NCBI GenBank assembly: GCA_023512475.1
Contig: JAILZL010000001.1
Span: 11,516-75,515 of the forward strand
Direction of reading: 5' to 3'
Length of the DNA: 64,000 nucleotides
DNA from: Syntrophobacterales bacterium
GTDB taxonomy: Bacteria > Desulfobacterota > Desulfobaccia > Desulfobaccales > 0-14-0-80-60-11
Part shown: piece after piece, positions 29,187 to 39,391 of the stretch
Layout of the letters: every line of letters begins with the position of its first letter
Position numbering within the stretch: position 1 is the first letter of the stretch
Notes under the pieces: generated by a model
Told to the model about the DNA's origin: nothing
Databases searched by the model: none
The model's input: only the letters and a program-made list of their open reading frames with translations
Made by a program: the position numbers and the translations under genes

Positions 29187-30104
29187 ATGGTGAAACGGCA
29201 GATACCCCGGTTTGTGGTGGGACTTTTCACCCTCCTGGGCTTCCTCCTGGTCCTGGTGGCCATCATCTGGATCGGAGCCAGCCATTATTTCGAAAAGGGC
29301 CGCACCTATCTCACCTTTTTCGATGAGTCGGTCCAGGGCCTGCAGCGGGATTCCAGCGTCAAATACCGGGGCGTGGACGTGGGCCGGGTGGTGGACATCC
29401 GGGTGGCCCCCGACAACCGCCTCATCATGGTGGTGATGCGCATCGACATGAAGGATGACCTCACCAAGCGGCTGGCGGCCCAGCTCCAGTTGGCGGGCAT
29501 CACCGGCATCGTCTTCGTCAATCTGGATCTGCAGCGGCCCGAGGACTTGACCCGCACCCCCAAAATCACCTTCCCCACCGAATACCCGGTCATCCCCTCC
29601 CGGCCGTCGGAGATCAGCCGCCTGATGCAGTCCGTGGATGTGGTGGTGAGCAAATTCGGCGAGATCGACACCCGGGGGGTGCTGGATCAGGTCAAGGCCA
29701 CCGCCGCCCAGATCGAGATCTTTTTCCGGGGAGAGCGCATGGAGAACATCCTCAAAAAGGTGGAGGCCACCATCGGGAATCTGCAGAGCATCACCGCCCG
29801 GGTGGATAAACTCCTGGCGGAGGGCAAGGTGGACCGGGTCTTCGGAGAGGGGGCCGATGCCCTGAAGGAGGTGCGCCTGGTGGCCGCCTCCCTGAAAAAT
29901 GAAGTGGAGGAGCTCAACCTCAGGGATACGGTGGCCCGGGTGAACCGCCTGCTGGCCGACATCAAGTATACCGGTGCCAGCCTCAACCAGTCCCTGGAGA
30001 ACCTGGACCTCCTCCTGGGACGGCTGAAGGACAGGCCCTCGGATGTGCTCTTCGGCGGCAGCCCCCGGCCCCGCTTCAATGAAAAGGTGACGGTGCAGCC
30101 ATGA
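29187..30104 (+). CDS. MCE/MlaD-family substrate-binding protein
   Basis: N-terminal TM anchor followed by an MCE core (SSVKYRGVDVGRV). Confidence 0.8.
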   Translation: MVKRQIPRFVVGLFTLLGFLLVLVAIIWIGASHYFEKGRTYLTFFDESVQGLQRDSSVKYRGVDVGRVVDIRVAPDNRLIMVVMRIDMKDDLTKRLAAQLQLAGITGIVFVNLDLQRPEDLTRTPKITFPTEYPVIPSRPSEISRLMQSVDVVVSKFGEIDTRGVLDQVKATAAQIEIFFRGERMENILKKVEATIGNLQSITARVDKLLAEGKVDRVFGEGADALKEVRLVAASLKNEVEELNLRDTVARVNRLLADIKYTGASLNQSLENLDLLLGRLKDRPSDVLFGGSPRPRFNEKVTVQP

Positions 30105-30754
30105 ATCGCCGGATTCTCCTGACGTGGTGGCCGCTTTCGGTCCTGGCGGGCCTGCTCCTGACCGCCGGCGCCTGCAGCCGCCCCCCCATCCTGGTGCAGC
30201 GCTATGTTCTGGAATATCCCGCCCCTGCCTTCCCGCGCCAGACGCCCCTTCCCGAAGCCGTCAAGGTGCAGCCTTTCGCCGCCGCCGAGGCCATCAACAC
30301 CACCCACATGCTCTACCGCCCGGATGCCTACCAGCGCCAGGCCTACGTCTATCACCAATGGCGCATCACCCCCGGGCCCTTGGTCACCGACAGCCTGGTC
30401 AGGGACCTGCGCCACGCCGGGCTCTTTCAGGCCGTGTTCACGGAAGACTCCCCGGACCGGGCCCGCTTCCGGCTGGAGGGCGGCGTGACGGAGATGCAGG
30501 AGGAAAATCATCCCGCCGGCTGGCAGGCGGTGCTGGGCCTCAGCGTCACCCTCCTGGACACCAACTACCCCATCCGGGAGGTGAGCCGCCGGGTCATGTT
30601 CCAGAAATCCTACCGGGCGGTGGAACCCATGCCCGACCAGACCCCCCGGGGACTGGCCGAAGCCCTCAGCCGGGCCATGGGCCGCCTCTCCCGGGAGATC
30701 ATTGCCGACCTCTACCGGGCCGCCCAGACCCGCCTGGCGGAAAAGGCCCCCTAA
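30101..30754 (+). CDS. ABC-type transport auxiliary lipoprotein (DUF330/PqiC-like)
   Basis: Lipobox LTAGAC. The position after the MCE gene is typical of this family. Confidence 0.65.
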   Translation: MNRRILLTWWPLSVLAGLLLTAGACSRPPILVQRYVLEYPAPAFPRQTPLPEAVKVQPFAAAEAINTTHMLYRPDAYQRQAYVYHQWRITPGPLVTDSLVRDLRHAGLFQAVFTEDSPDRARFRLEGGVTEMQEENHPAGWQAVLGLSVTLLDTNYPIREVSRRVMFQKSYRAVEPMPDQTPRGLAEALSRAMGRLSREIIADLYRAAQTRLAEKAP

Positions 30755-31007
30755 CCGGAAATCTGGTGGGAGGGGCTGACCGATCCTGCCCGTTGTATGG
30801 GGGTAGGGAGGGGGTCAGGGAGGACCAGGGGTCTGTATCCCCTGGCCCCGAATAAGCTTATTCAACGATCTGCCACGGGAAGGCCGGGGACACAGTGGCT
30901 CCCTCGTCCGCCCTCACCTTTCCACCCCCATTAAAAGATTGAGGGGGGAGGGTGAGGCAGGGGACCGCCGCCTGCCGGCCCTCCCTCACAACAGGCGGGA
31001 AGGTGAA

Positions 31008-31445
31008 ATGGATTGGGACAAGCTGCGACAGGAGATCATCACCCTCCGGCCCATCGGCTATGTCTCGGTGGCCGCCGCCACTGTGCCCCGGCACTACACG
31101 GTCTCCGACCTGGAGGGCTATCTGGTGGTGGATCCGGCCTATGAGGCGGGACTCAGGGACATCCGGCCCGGCCAGCGGCTGGTGGTCCTCTTTCATTTTC
31201 ACCAGAGCCCGCCCTTCACCCCGGAGCGCCTCATCCAGAAGCCGCCCCACCGGGAGGAGCGGCTGGGGGTCTTCAGCACCTGTTCCCCACACCGCCCCAA
31301 CCCTCTGGGCCTCTCCATCCTGGAGGTCCTGGAGGTGCAGGGCAACCGCCTCCGGGTGAGGGGCCTGGACATGTATGACGGCACCCCCATCCTGGATCTC
31401 AAGCCCTTCGTGCCCCCCGACGGCACGCCGGAGGCCGGCGCCTGA
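31008..31445 (+). CDS. trmO: tRNA (t6A37) methyltransferase TrmO/TsaA family
   Basis: Start trimmed to ATG 31008. Motifs RPNPLGLS and GTPILDLKP. Confidence 0.8.
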   Translation: MDWDKLRQEIITLRPIGYVSVAAATVPRHYTVSDLEGYLVVDPAYEAGLRDIRPGQRLVVLFHFHQSPPFTPERLIQKPPHREERLGVFSTCSPHRPNPLGLSILEVLEVQGNRLRVRGLDMYDGTPILDLKPFVPPDGTPEAGA

Positions 31446-31480
31446 GGCGTGACCCCCGGCGGTCTCAGGCCGCCCGCCCC

Positions 31481-31987
31481 TTACCTGCTCTCCTGGGGCA
31501 CAAACTTCAGGGCCACCCCGTTGATGCAGTAGCGCTTGCCGGTGGGCGCCGGACCGTCATCAAAGACGTGCCCCAGGTGGCTGTCACAGCGGGCGCAGAG
31601 CACCTCAATGCGCTTCATCCCCAGGCTGGTGTCCTCCTCATAGCGCACGTGTTCCGGGGTCACCGGCGCCCAGAAGCTGGGCCAGCCGGTGCCGGACTCA
31701 AACTTCTGCCCCGAGCTGAAGAGCGGCAGATCACAGGCGGCGCAGTGATACACCCCCGCCCGTTTTTCGGGATACAGCGGGCTGCAGAAGGCCCGCTCGG
31801 TGCCTTTGCGGCGCATGACCTCGTACTGCTCCGGGGTGAGGATCTGACGCCATTCGGCCTCGCTTCGGATGATTTTCTCTATGGCCACTGAACTCTCCTG
31901 AGAAAAGGCGGCCGCCGGCCCCAGCCCCCAGATCAGCAAAAGGGCCAAAAACCGGAGATGCCTGAAACGGGATATTTTATTTTCCAT
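31481..31987 (-). CDS. msrB: Peptide-methionine (R)-S-oxide reductase MsrB, secreted
   Basis: Signal peptide. Two CxxC pairs (CAAC, CARC) and the GWPSF and RYCINGVAL motifs. Confidence 0.9.
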   Translation of the reverse strand: MENKISRFRHLRFLALLLIWGLGPAAAFSQESSVAIEKIIRSEAEWRQILTPEQYEVMRRKGTERAFCSPLYPEKRAGVYHCAACDLPLFSSGQKFESGTGWPSFWAPVTPEHVRYEEDTSLGMKRIEVLCARCDSHLGHVFDDGPAPTGKRYCINGVALKFVPQESR

Positions 31988-32197
31988 ATCTAAACAATAA
32001 TTATTCCAAAGCCAAAGAAAAGGGGGTAAGGCATTGGGGGGAGGAGGTCAGAGGGTGAAGCCGTCACCGTGCCAGCCGCGTCCGCTCCGGCAGCCCCAAG
32101 GGTTCGATTTCCCTCAAATAAGGTGGGAGGAGAGGGCGCAGGAGAGCAGGCAGAGGCCGCAATCCCGGCCCCTTCTCCCTCCTCCCTGGCCGGCCCC

Positions 32198-32911
32198 TCA
32201 TTCCCCCGGCTTGACCAGGGGCACGAAGCGCACCGGCAGGGAGCCTTCCTCCCGGAGCTCTCCCTTCACTTTGCGGTATTTCTTGAGATACTGCAGGCCC
32301 CCGGGGCGGCCCAGGGGGATCACCAGCCGGCCGCCCTCCAGAAGCTGGGCGCTCAGGGCCGGGGGGACCTGGGGGGCGGCCGCGGTCACCAGGATGGCGG
32401 CAAAGGGGGCCTCTTCCGGCCAGCCGGCGTAGCCGTCCCCGGTGCGCACCTGCACCCGGGCGTAGCCCAGCTCCCGCAAGGTGGCCTGGGCCTGCCGGGC
32501 CAGTTCCGGAATCAGCTCGATGGTGAACACCCGATCGGTGAGCTCCGCCAGCACCGCGGCCTGATAGCCCGAGCCGGTGCCCACCTCCAGGACCTTGTCC
32601 CCGGGCCGTACCTCGGCCCACTGGCTCATGAGGGCCACAATATAGGGTTGGGAGATGGTCTGGCCCTGGCCGATGGGCAGCGCCTGGTCGGCATAGGCAA
32701 AGGGGGCCAGCCAGGCGGGCACAAAACGCTCCCGGGGCACCTTCCCCATGGCCGCCAGCACCCGAGGGTCACTGATATCCCGGGCTTGCAGCTGTTCTTT
32801 CACCATGCGGGCCCGGGCCGCGGCCGCGCTGCCCTCCCCCGCCAGCAGCCACCACGCCGCTGCCAGCAGGACCCCGGCCAGCACCACAAACAGGATGAAT
32901 TTCCATTTCAT
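32198..32911 (-). CDS. pcm: Protein-L-isoaspartate O-methyltransferase with N-terminal membrane anchor/signal
   Basis: QTISQPYIVA and VLEVGTGSGYQAAVLA SAM-binding motifs. Confidence 0.9.
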   Translation of the reverse strand: MKWKFILFVVLAGVLLAAAWWLLAGEGSAAAARARMVKEQLQARDISDPRVLAAMGKVPRERFVPAWLAPFAYADQALPIGQGQTISQPYIVALMSQWAEVRPGDKVLEVGTGSGYQAAVLAELTDRVFTIELIPELARQAQATLRELGYARVQVRTGDGYAGWPEEAPFAAILVTAAAPQVPPALSAQLLEGGRLVIPLGRPGGLQYLKKYRKVKGELREEGSLPVRFVPLVKPGE

Positions 32912-32925
32912 GGAGATGTTCCAGT

Positions 32926-33642
32926 TTATCCCGTGCTCTCCGGGGGGAGCCGCCGGGCCTGCACCACCAGCCGCGGCTCTCCCACCAGCGGCAGGCGGTA
33001 GGCCAGGCGTTCCAAAGCCCCGAACCCCAAAGCGGCCGCCGCCTCCTTAGCCGCCTGCCATTCCGCCTCCGGCAGGTGCGGCCCCTTCAGGGCCAGCGCC
33101 CGCCCTCCGGGTATCAGCAGGGGGGCGGCCACCGCCAGGAATGACCTCAGCTTCAGAGTCGCCCGACTCACCACCGCCTCAAACCGGGGCCCCCAGGCCG
33201 CCGCCAGCCGGGGGGTGAGATACACGGGCGCAATCTCCACCCCTTGAAGCCCCCACAGGCTCACCAGGTAGTCCAGAAAGGCCGCCTTCTTCCCCCGGGA
33301 TTCCACCAAAGTCAGGGAGAGGTCCGGGCGCACCAGCTTCAGGACCAGCCCCGGAAAACCCGCCCCGCTGCCGATATCCGCCACGCGGCCCCCCTCCCCC
33401 AGAAAAGGCAGCACCGCCAGGGAGTCCAGAAAATGCCGGAGGAGGATGTCCCGGTCGCCGGTCAGGCCCGTCAGGTTCACCCGGGCGTTCCAGCGCTTCA
33501 GCTCCGTGAGGTACTGGCCGAAGCGCTTGAGGAGCGGTTCCCCCAGGTGCAGCCCCAGCTCGGCCGCGCCCTCCTCCAGGAGCGCCCGCACCTCCCCGGG
33601 CGCCAGATCCGTTTCGGCCCCCCGGCCCCGTCGCCCCCTCAC
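32926..33642 (-). CDS. rsmG: 16S rRNA (guanine527-N7)-methyltransferase
   Basis: WNARVNLTG, HFLDSL and DIGSGAGFPG motifs. Overlaps the radA stop. Confidence 0.88.
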   Translation of the reverse strand: MRGRRGRGAETDLAPGEVRALLEEGAAELGLHLGEPLLKRFGQYLTELKRWNARVNLTGLTGDRDILLRHFLDSLAVLPFLGEGGRVADIGSGAGFPGLVLKLVRPDLSLTLVESRGKKAAFLDYLVSLWGLQGVEIAPVYLTPRLAAAWGPRFEAVVSRATLKLRSFLAVAAPLLIPGGRALALKGPHLPEAEWQAAKEAAAALGFGALERLAYRLPLVGEPRLVVQARRLPPESTG

Positions 33643-35003
33643 GGCCCCAGCGTCCGGATGGCGGCGGTCAGGGTGTCCACCCCCACCAGCTCCAGATCAA
33701 ACCTCTCCCCCAGCCGCTCCACCTGGCGGGAGGCCAAAAGCGCCCGCCGGAAACCCAGCTTGGCCCCCTCCTTGAGGCGCACCTCCGGCTGGCTCACCGC
33801 CCTGACCTCCCCGGTGAGACCGATCTCCCCGAAGATGATGGTGTCCGGCGGCACCGGCCGGTCCAGGAAGGAGGAGGCCAGCGCCAGGGCCACCCCCAGG
33901 TCCGCGGCGGGCTCGCTCAAACGCACGCCCCCGGCCACGTTGACGTAGATGTCCTGTCCCCCCAGAGGCAGCCCCACCCGTTTCTCCAGCACCGCCACCA
34001 ACAGGGACACTCGCCCCGGGTCCACCCCCATGGCCTGGCGCCGGGGCAGGGCCAGAGAAGAAGGCGACACCAGAGCCTGGATCTCCACCAGAATGGGCCG
34101 GGAGCCTTCCAGGGCCGGGATGACCGCCGAGCCGGGCGTCTCCAGGGAGCGTTCCGCCATGAACAGGGCCGACGGGTTGGTCACTTCCACCAGGCCCTGC
34201 TCCTGCATCTCAAACACCCCCAGCTCCTGGGTGGGCCCGAAGCGGTTCTTCACCGTGCGCAGCAACCGGAAGGCGTGGGACCGGTCCCCCTCCAGATACA
34301 GCACCGTGTCCACCAGATGCTCCAGGACCATGGGCCCGGCCAGGGTGCCCTCCTTGGTGACGTGGCCGATGAGAAACACCGTCAGACCGGTGGCCTTGGC
34401 CTGCTGGGTGAGGCGGAAGGCCGTCTCCCGCACCTGGGGGAGCGACCCCGGCGCCGCCGGCAACCCGGTGGTATAGAGCGTCTGGATGGAATCCACCGCC
34501 AGGCAGACCGGCTGCACCTCCTCCAGCAGGCGCAAAAGATTCTCCAGGCAGGTCTCAGTAGCAAACCACAGGTGCGGGGAGGACAGCCCCAGGCGCTCGC
34601 TCCGGAGCTTCACCTGGGCCTCCGATTCCTCCCCCGAAAGATACAGCCCCACCTCCCCGGTAGCGGTGAGGCGGTCCATGGCCTGGAGGATCAGGGTGGA
34701 TTTGCCCACCCCGGGATCACCCCCCACCAGCACCACGGAGCCGGCCACCAGGCTTCCTCCGAGCACCCGGTCGAACTCCGCCAAGCCGGTGCTGCGGCGG
34801 GTCTCCGGCCGGACCGCCAGGCTGCTCAGGGGCTTGGGGGGTGAGGGCCGGGGCCCGGGCACCATATGGGCCGCAGCCTGGGGGTCCGTTTCCTCCGCCA
34901 AGGAGCCCCAGGCCTGGCACTGGGGGCAGCGCCCCAGCCACTTCCCCGTCTGGTGGCCGCATTGCTGACAGACAAAGACGATTTTCCCGGCGCGGCTGTT
35001 CAT
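33639..35003 (-). CDS. radA: DNA repair protein RadA
   Basis: Start trimmed to ATG 35003. N-terminal zinc ribbon CQQCG...CPQC, Walker A GDPGVGKST, KNRFG motif, Lon-like C-terminus. Confidence 0.92.
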   Translation of the reverse strand: MNSRAGKIVFVCQQCGHQTGKWLGRCPQCQAWGSLAEETDPQAAAHMVPGPRPSPPKPLSSLAVRPETRRSTGLAEFDRVLGGSLVAGSVVLVGGDPGVGKSTLILQAMDRLTATGEVGLYLSGEESEAQVKLRSERLGLSSPHLWFATETCLENLLRLLEEVQPVCLAVDSIQTLYTTGLPAAPGSLPQVRETAFRLTQQAKATGLTVFLIGHVTKEGTLAGPMVLEHLVDTVLYLEGDRSHAFRLLRTVKNRFGPTQELGVFEMQEQGLVEVTNPSALFMAERSLETPGSAVIPALEGSRPILVEIQALVSPSSLALPRRQAMGVDPGRVSLLVAVLEKRVGLPLGGQDIYVNVAGGVRLSEPAADLGVALALASSFLDRPVPPDTIIFGEIGLTGEVRAVSQPEVRLKEGAKLGFRRALLASRQVERLGERFDLELVGVDTLTAAIRTLGP

Positions 35004-35181
35004 GGTGCCATCCCCGCGGGGCCGGCAACGTGCCCGTCTCCCTGGCCTCGGCGGCAAATTGGGCGCTTCAGCCTCTCTCTCATTGTAAAGGAACCGGGCC
35101 AGGTTGACCAGCCGCCGCCCCCCGGGAAGGCCCGGTCAGGCAATACTTGCAATCCGACCGCCCCTCGGAAAAAATGTTAAG

Positions 35182-36684
35182 ATGGCCACTTACCCGAACT
35201 CCATGGCACCCGCAGTCCTGGTGCAGCACCTCCAGACCGGGGCCGCCCGGCTGGCCTCGCATCCCTCCCTCAAGGTGGTGTTCCGCCTGGCCCGGGAACG
35301 GGGCCTCAAGGTCTATCTCGTGGGTGGTACGGTGCGGGAACTCCTCCTGGGCCGGGACTCCCCCGACCTGGATCTGGCGGTTTCCGCCCAGACCCTGGCC
35401 CTGGCCCGGGAGCTGGCCCGGGAGCTCGGGGGTACCTTTGTCCTGCTGGACGACAAGGAGCGCACCGCCCGGGTGGTGGCCGGGGCCGACATCCTGGACC
35501 TGGCGGAGTTTCGGGCCCCGGATCTCCCGGGCGACCTGCGGGGGCGGGATTTCACCGTGAACGCCATGGCCCTGGAGCTGCAGGAGCTCCTCCGGGGCGG
35601 CCCCGTCACCCTGGTGGACCCGCTGGGGGGTCTTGAGGATCTCGCCGCCGGACGGCTCCGCCTGGTAGCCCGGGACAACCTCCGGGCCGACCCCTTGCGG
35701 CTGCTTCGGGCCTTCCGCTTTGCCGCCACCCATGGCTTCGCCCTCACCCCGGAGACCCAGGCCGCCGTTCAGGAGCTGGCCCCCCTGATCGAGGGCGTGG
35801 CCGGGGAGCGCCTGCGCCAGGAGCTCTTCCCTCTCCTCGCCGCGCCCCGGGCCGGGCAGGTGCTGCGGCGGATGGACGAGGCCCGCCTTTTCTGCCACCT
35901 CCTGCCGGAGCTCTGCGATGGCAAAGGCGTGGCCCAAAACGGCTTCCACCACCTGGACGTCTTTCACCACTCCCTGGAAGCGGTGGCCTGCCTGGATGAC
36001 ATCCTGGCGGCTCCGGCCCGGTTTTTCCCGGTCCTGGGGCCGGAACTGGCCCGCCAGGCCGCCGACCCCTGGTGGCGGGCGGTGGTCAAGCTGGCGGCCC
36101 TGTTCCACGACGTGGGCAAGCCCAAAGTCCAGGCCTGGCGCACCGACCCGGAACGCTACACCTTCTACCACCACGACCGGGTGGGGGTGGAGCTCTTCAC
36201 CCAGGCGGCCCGGCGCCTGCGCCTCAGCCAGGCGGAAACCCGTCTGGTCAGCCAGATCATCTCCTGGCACATGCGGCCGTTTTTGCTGCTTCCGGCCTTC
36301 CGGCGGGGGGAGCTCACCCCCCGGGCCCTCGGGCGCCTGGTGCGGGCCCTGAAAACCCACCTCCTCGCCGGCTTTGCCGTGGCCATGGCCGACAGCCTGG
36401 CCGCCCGGGGGACGCAGAAACCCCCGGACTCCGAGGCGGCCCTGGCGGCCCTGGCCGAGGAGGCCTGGCGCTTCCTCAAACAACGCCTGGAGCCCCAGGA
36501 ACGGCAGCCCCGCCTGCTCACCGGCCATGACCTGCAGGATATCTTTCACCTCACCCCCGGACCCCGCTTCCGCCACCTCCTCACCGCCGTGGAGGAGGCC
36601 CAATGGGAGGGGCGGGTGCAGACCCGGGCCGAGGCTCTGGCCCTGGTCAGCTCCCTCCTGGAAGCGGAGTCGCCTTCTCGGTAA
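35182..36684 (+). CDS. cca: tRNA nucleotidyltransferase (CCA-adding)/poly(A) polymerase family protein with HD domain
   Basis: Start trimmed to ATG 35182. [16 protein letters not shown] nucleotidyltransferase motif and an HD region (FHDVGK). Confidence 0.8.
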   Translation: MATYPNSMAPAVLVQHLQTGAARLASHPSLKVVFRLARERGLKVYLVGGTVRELLLGRDSPDLDLAVSAQTLALARELARELGGTFVLLDDKERTARVVAGADILDLAEFRAPDLPGDLRGRDFTVNAMALELQELLRGGPVTLVDPLGGLEDLAAGRLRLVARDNLRADPLRLLRAFRFAATHGFALTPETQAAVQELAPLIEGVAGERLRQELFPLLAAPRAGQVLRRMDEARLFCHLLPELCDGKGVAQNGFHHLDVFHHSLEAVACLDDILAAPARFFPVLGPELARQAADPWWRAVVKLAALFHDVGKPKVQAWRTDPERYTFYHHDRVGVELFTQAARRLRLSQAETRLVSQIISWHMRPFLLLPAFRRGELTPRALGRLVRALKTHLLAGFAVAMADSLAARGTQKPPDSEAALAALAEEAWRFLKQRLEPQERQPRLLTGHDLQDIFHLTPGPRFRHLLTAVEEAQWEGRVQTRAEALALVSSLLEAESPSR

Positions 36685-36880
36685 AAAATTTTTATTTTGT
36701 TAACTTTAGCAATTTATTTTTTGGGCGAATCATGCTATGAGCGTGGCGTTCCTTTTCCCCCCGGACCTCCCGGGGGCCAAAGGAGCTATCCAGCTGTTTT
36801 TGCAGGTATTATTCCATCATGGCCTGAAGGCGGTGCCCCGGAACGGCACCGGAACATTCCTCACCCCCTGAGGAGACCGG

Positions 36881-37765
36881 ATGGAACGCAAGACCCTCGG
36901 CCCCCTGGTGCCCCGGGAAGTGCAGGCCGGTGCCCTCATCCGCCTCCGGGGCCTCTACCCCTCCCTGAAGGCCGCCTTGCGCAAGGTGGCGGATCTGGTG
37001 CTGGCCAAGCCGGAGGTGGCCATCTACGCCTCGGTGAATGAAGTGGCCGCCGCCGCCGAGGTGAGTGAAGCCACCGTGATGCGCCTCTGCCGCATCCTGG
37101 GCTTCCGGGGCTTCCAGGATTTCAAGATCGCCTTGGCCCGGGAACTGGTCTCCCCCTTGCAGCGCCTCCATGAGGAAGTGGCCGAAGGGGACGACCCCGC
37201 CACCATTGTGCGCAAGGTCTTTCAGGCCAACATCGCCGCCCTGCAGGACACCCTGGAGGTCCTGGATATGGGGGCCATGGCCGAGGCGGCCCGCCGCATG
37301 CTCGCGGCCAAGAGCCTCCTCCTCATCGGGGTGGGCACCTCCGGCCCCATCGTGGAGGACGCGGCCAACAAGTTCTTCCGCCTGGGCCTGACCGTCAAGG
37401 CCATCACCGACGCCCACCTGATGATGATGGCTGCCGCCCTCCTCACCCCCGAGGATGTGCTCCTGGCGGTGTCCCACTCCGGCAGCACCCGGGATCCGGT
37501 GGACACCGCCCGGGTGGCCAAGGAAGCCGGCGCCCTGGTCATCTGCATCACCAACAATTCCCTTTCGCCCCTCACCAAGGCAGCGGACCTGGTGTTGGTC
37601 ACCGCCTCCCGGGAGACCCGCTTCCGCCAGGAGGCCATGGCCTCCCGCCTCTGTCAGACGAGCATCATCGACAGCCTCTATACCCTCATGGCGGTAACCC
37701 GGCCGGAGACGGCCCTGGAGAATCTGCGCAAGATCGAAAACGTCATCGTGACCAAGCAGTTCTAG
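36881..37765 (+). CDS. RpiR-family transcriptional regulator (HTH + SIS domains)
   Basis: The HTH segment is NEVAAAAEVSEATVMRLCRILGF. The SIS domain carries GVGTSG. Preceded by a very AT-rich 60-bp patch (36685-36745). Confidence 0.85.
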   Translation: MERKTLGPLVPREVQAGALIRLRGLYPSLKAALRKVADLVLAKPEVAIYASVNEVAAAAEVSEATVMRLCRILGFRGFQDFKIALARELVSPLQRLHEEVAEGDDPATIVRKVFQANIAALQDTLEVLDMGAMAEAARRMLAAKSLLLIGVGTSGPIVEDAANKFFRLGLTVKAITDAHLMMMAAALLTPEDVLLAVSHSGSTRDPVDTARVAKEAGALVICITNNSLSPLTKAADLVLVTASRETRFRQEAMASRLCQTSIIDSLYTLMAVTRPETALENLRKIENVIVTKQF

Positions 37766-37786
37766 CCGCCCTACGCCGGGGGAAGC

Positions 37787-38434
37787 ATGAACACCGGACA
37801 GAAGCTCAAGCAGAAGGTGGTGCGCATCTGCCGTCTCTTGCATCAGAAAAATCTCATCGCCGCCACCGACGGCAACATCAGCGTCAAATTCGGCGACGGC
37901 CTCCTCACCACCCCCTCGGGGGTCAACAAGGCCTTCCTGGAAGAGGACCAGATCATCACCGTGGATTTCGCCGGCCGGGTCATCGAGGGCCAGGGCCAGC
38001 CCACTTCGGAGCTGGCCATGCACCTGGCGGTCTATCGGCTGCGCCCCGAGGTGGAGGCGGTCATTCACGCCCACCCACCCCTGGCCACCGCCTTTTCCCT
38101 GGCCGGGGCCTCCCTGGAGCAGTTCGTGCTCCCGGAGGTGGTCTTAAGCCTGGGGGTCATCCCCACCGCCGCCTATGCCACCCCCACCACCGCGGAGGTG
38201 CCCCTGGCCATCCGGGAACTCATCAAGCATTACGACGCCCTCATCCTGGAGCGCCACGGCGCCCTCACCGTGGGCCGGGACCTCATCGAGGCCTACAACA
38301 AAATGGAAAAACTGGAGCACACCGCCCTGATCATCTTTGCCGCCTTGCAGCTGGGCGGGGTGAAAAACCTTCCGGCCCACGAAGTGGAAAAACTGCTGCA
38401 GATGCGTTTTTCCCAGAAACTGCAATCCTCCTGA
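37787..38434 (+). CDS. Class II aldolase/adducin family protein
   Basis: ATDGNIS, TPSG and ELAMHLAVY..IHAHP zinc-ligand motifs. Confidence 0.85.
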   Translation: MNTGQKLKQKVVRICRLLHQKNLIAATDGNISVKFGDGLLTTPSGVNKAFLEEDQIITVDFAGRVIEGQGQPTSELAMHLAVYRLRPEVEAVIHAHPPLATAFSLAGASLEQFVLPEVVLSLGVIPTAAYATPTTAEVPLAIRELIKHYDALILERHGALTVGRDLIEAYNKMEKLEHTALIIFAALQLGGVKNLPAHEVEKLLQMRFSQKLQSS

Positions 38435-38443
38435 GGCCCACTG

Positions 38444-39330
38444 ATGGTGAAATTCGCCAGCCTGAAATATGATTTTTGCGGCAATCTGGGGGATGAAATC
38501 CAATCTGTGGCCGCGGAACAGTTCCTCCCCCGGGTGGACAAAAAGTTCGATCGGGATTCCCTGAGGCAGGTTTCAGAACCGGACCGCTATCTGCTCATCC
38601 TGAACGGGTATTTTTCCCGGTTTCCCGAACGCTCCTTTCCCCCTCCCCCTGCATCGTTCCGGTGTTTTTCGGCTTCCATATCCGGACCAATCCACAGAAT
38701 CTCCAGTATTTTTTAAACCCCGAGATTATCGGTTATCTCAAAGATCATGAACCCATTGGCTGTCGTGACCGGCATACCATGAATCTACTGCGGCAGCAGG
38801 GGGTGGAGGCTTTTTTCTCCGCCTGCCTGACCCTGACCTTCCCCAAAAGGGAGCACCCTCCGGAAGAGGGGAAGGTTTTTCTGGTGGATACCGGGGAGAT
38901 CCCCCTCCCCACAGAGATCAGAAAAAACTCAGTCAAGCTGACCCACCTGGTCTCCAGTCTCTATGGAGATGATCTCAAAACCTCCATGGCCAAAAAATTG
39001 CTGGAGATCTATAAAAATCACGCCTCCCTGGTCATCACCACCCGCATTCATTGCGCCCTGCCCTGCCTGGCCATGGGCATCCCGGTCATCTTTTTCGGAG
39101 ACCCCGACGATCCGAGAATCTCTCTGCTGCAGGACCTGAAAGTCCCCATCTATCCCTATAAGCGCAAGCCCCGGGGCCCCTATAAAATGCGGTATTTCCG
39201 GAAACTGCTGGGCTACCTGCGGCTGGGCCGGGTCAATTGGCACCCGGAGGTCCCGGATCTGGAAGCTCTCAAAGCCGAGATGCGGCGGACCATCACCGAT
39301 CTCATCGAAAGGAAGATGCACTCCCTGTAA
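38444..39330 (+). pseudogene. Polysaccharide pyruvyl transferase family gene split by a frameshift near 38632-38652 (C-rich tract)
   Basis: Track ORFs 38444..38716 (N-terminal NLGDEIQSVAAEQFLP) and 38662..39330 (IVPVFFGFHI...TTRIHCALPCLAMGIPVIF) read as one family member in two frames. The switch falls at cctttccccctccccctgc. GC in two 60-nt blocks counted by eye is 40% and 47%, versus ~65% for the window. Confidence 0.65.
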
Positions 39331-39391
39331 CCCAACCCGGGTCCGAAGCGCTTCTGGCTCTCCGGAACCTCTCTTTGTGGCGAGGTCAGCC

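Noticed and set aside
30850-30863. Perfect 14-bp AT-rich palindrome GAATAAGCTTATTC upstream of trmO as an operator.
   Set aside because: Several 7+7 palindromes are expected by chance in 64 kb, and there is no second copy or matching known consensus.
35080-36603. 507-aa minus-strand ORF. Similar large shadows occur at 18456..19979 (+), 23665..25098 (+), 26574..27821 (-), 36809..38074 (-), 39386..40852 (-), 56947..58353 (-) and 60208..61587 (-).
   Set aside because: Each is antisense to a gene with clear family motifs and has the skewed Gly/Pro/Arg/His composition of non-coding frames in GC-rich DNA.
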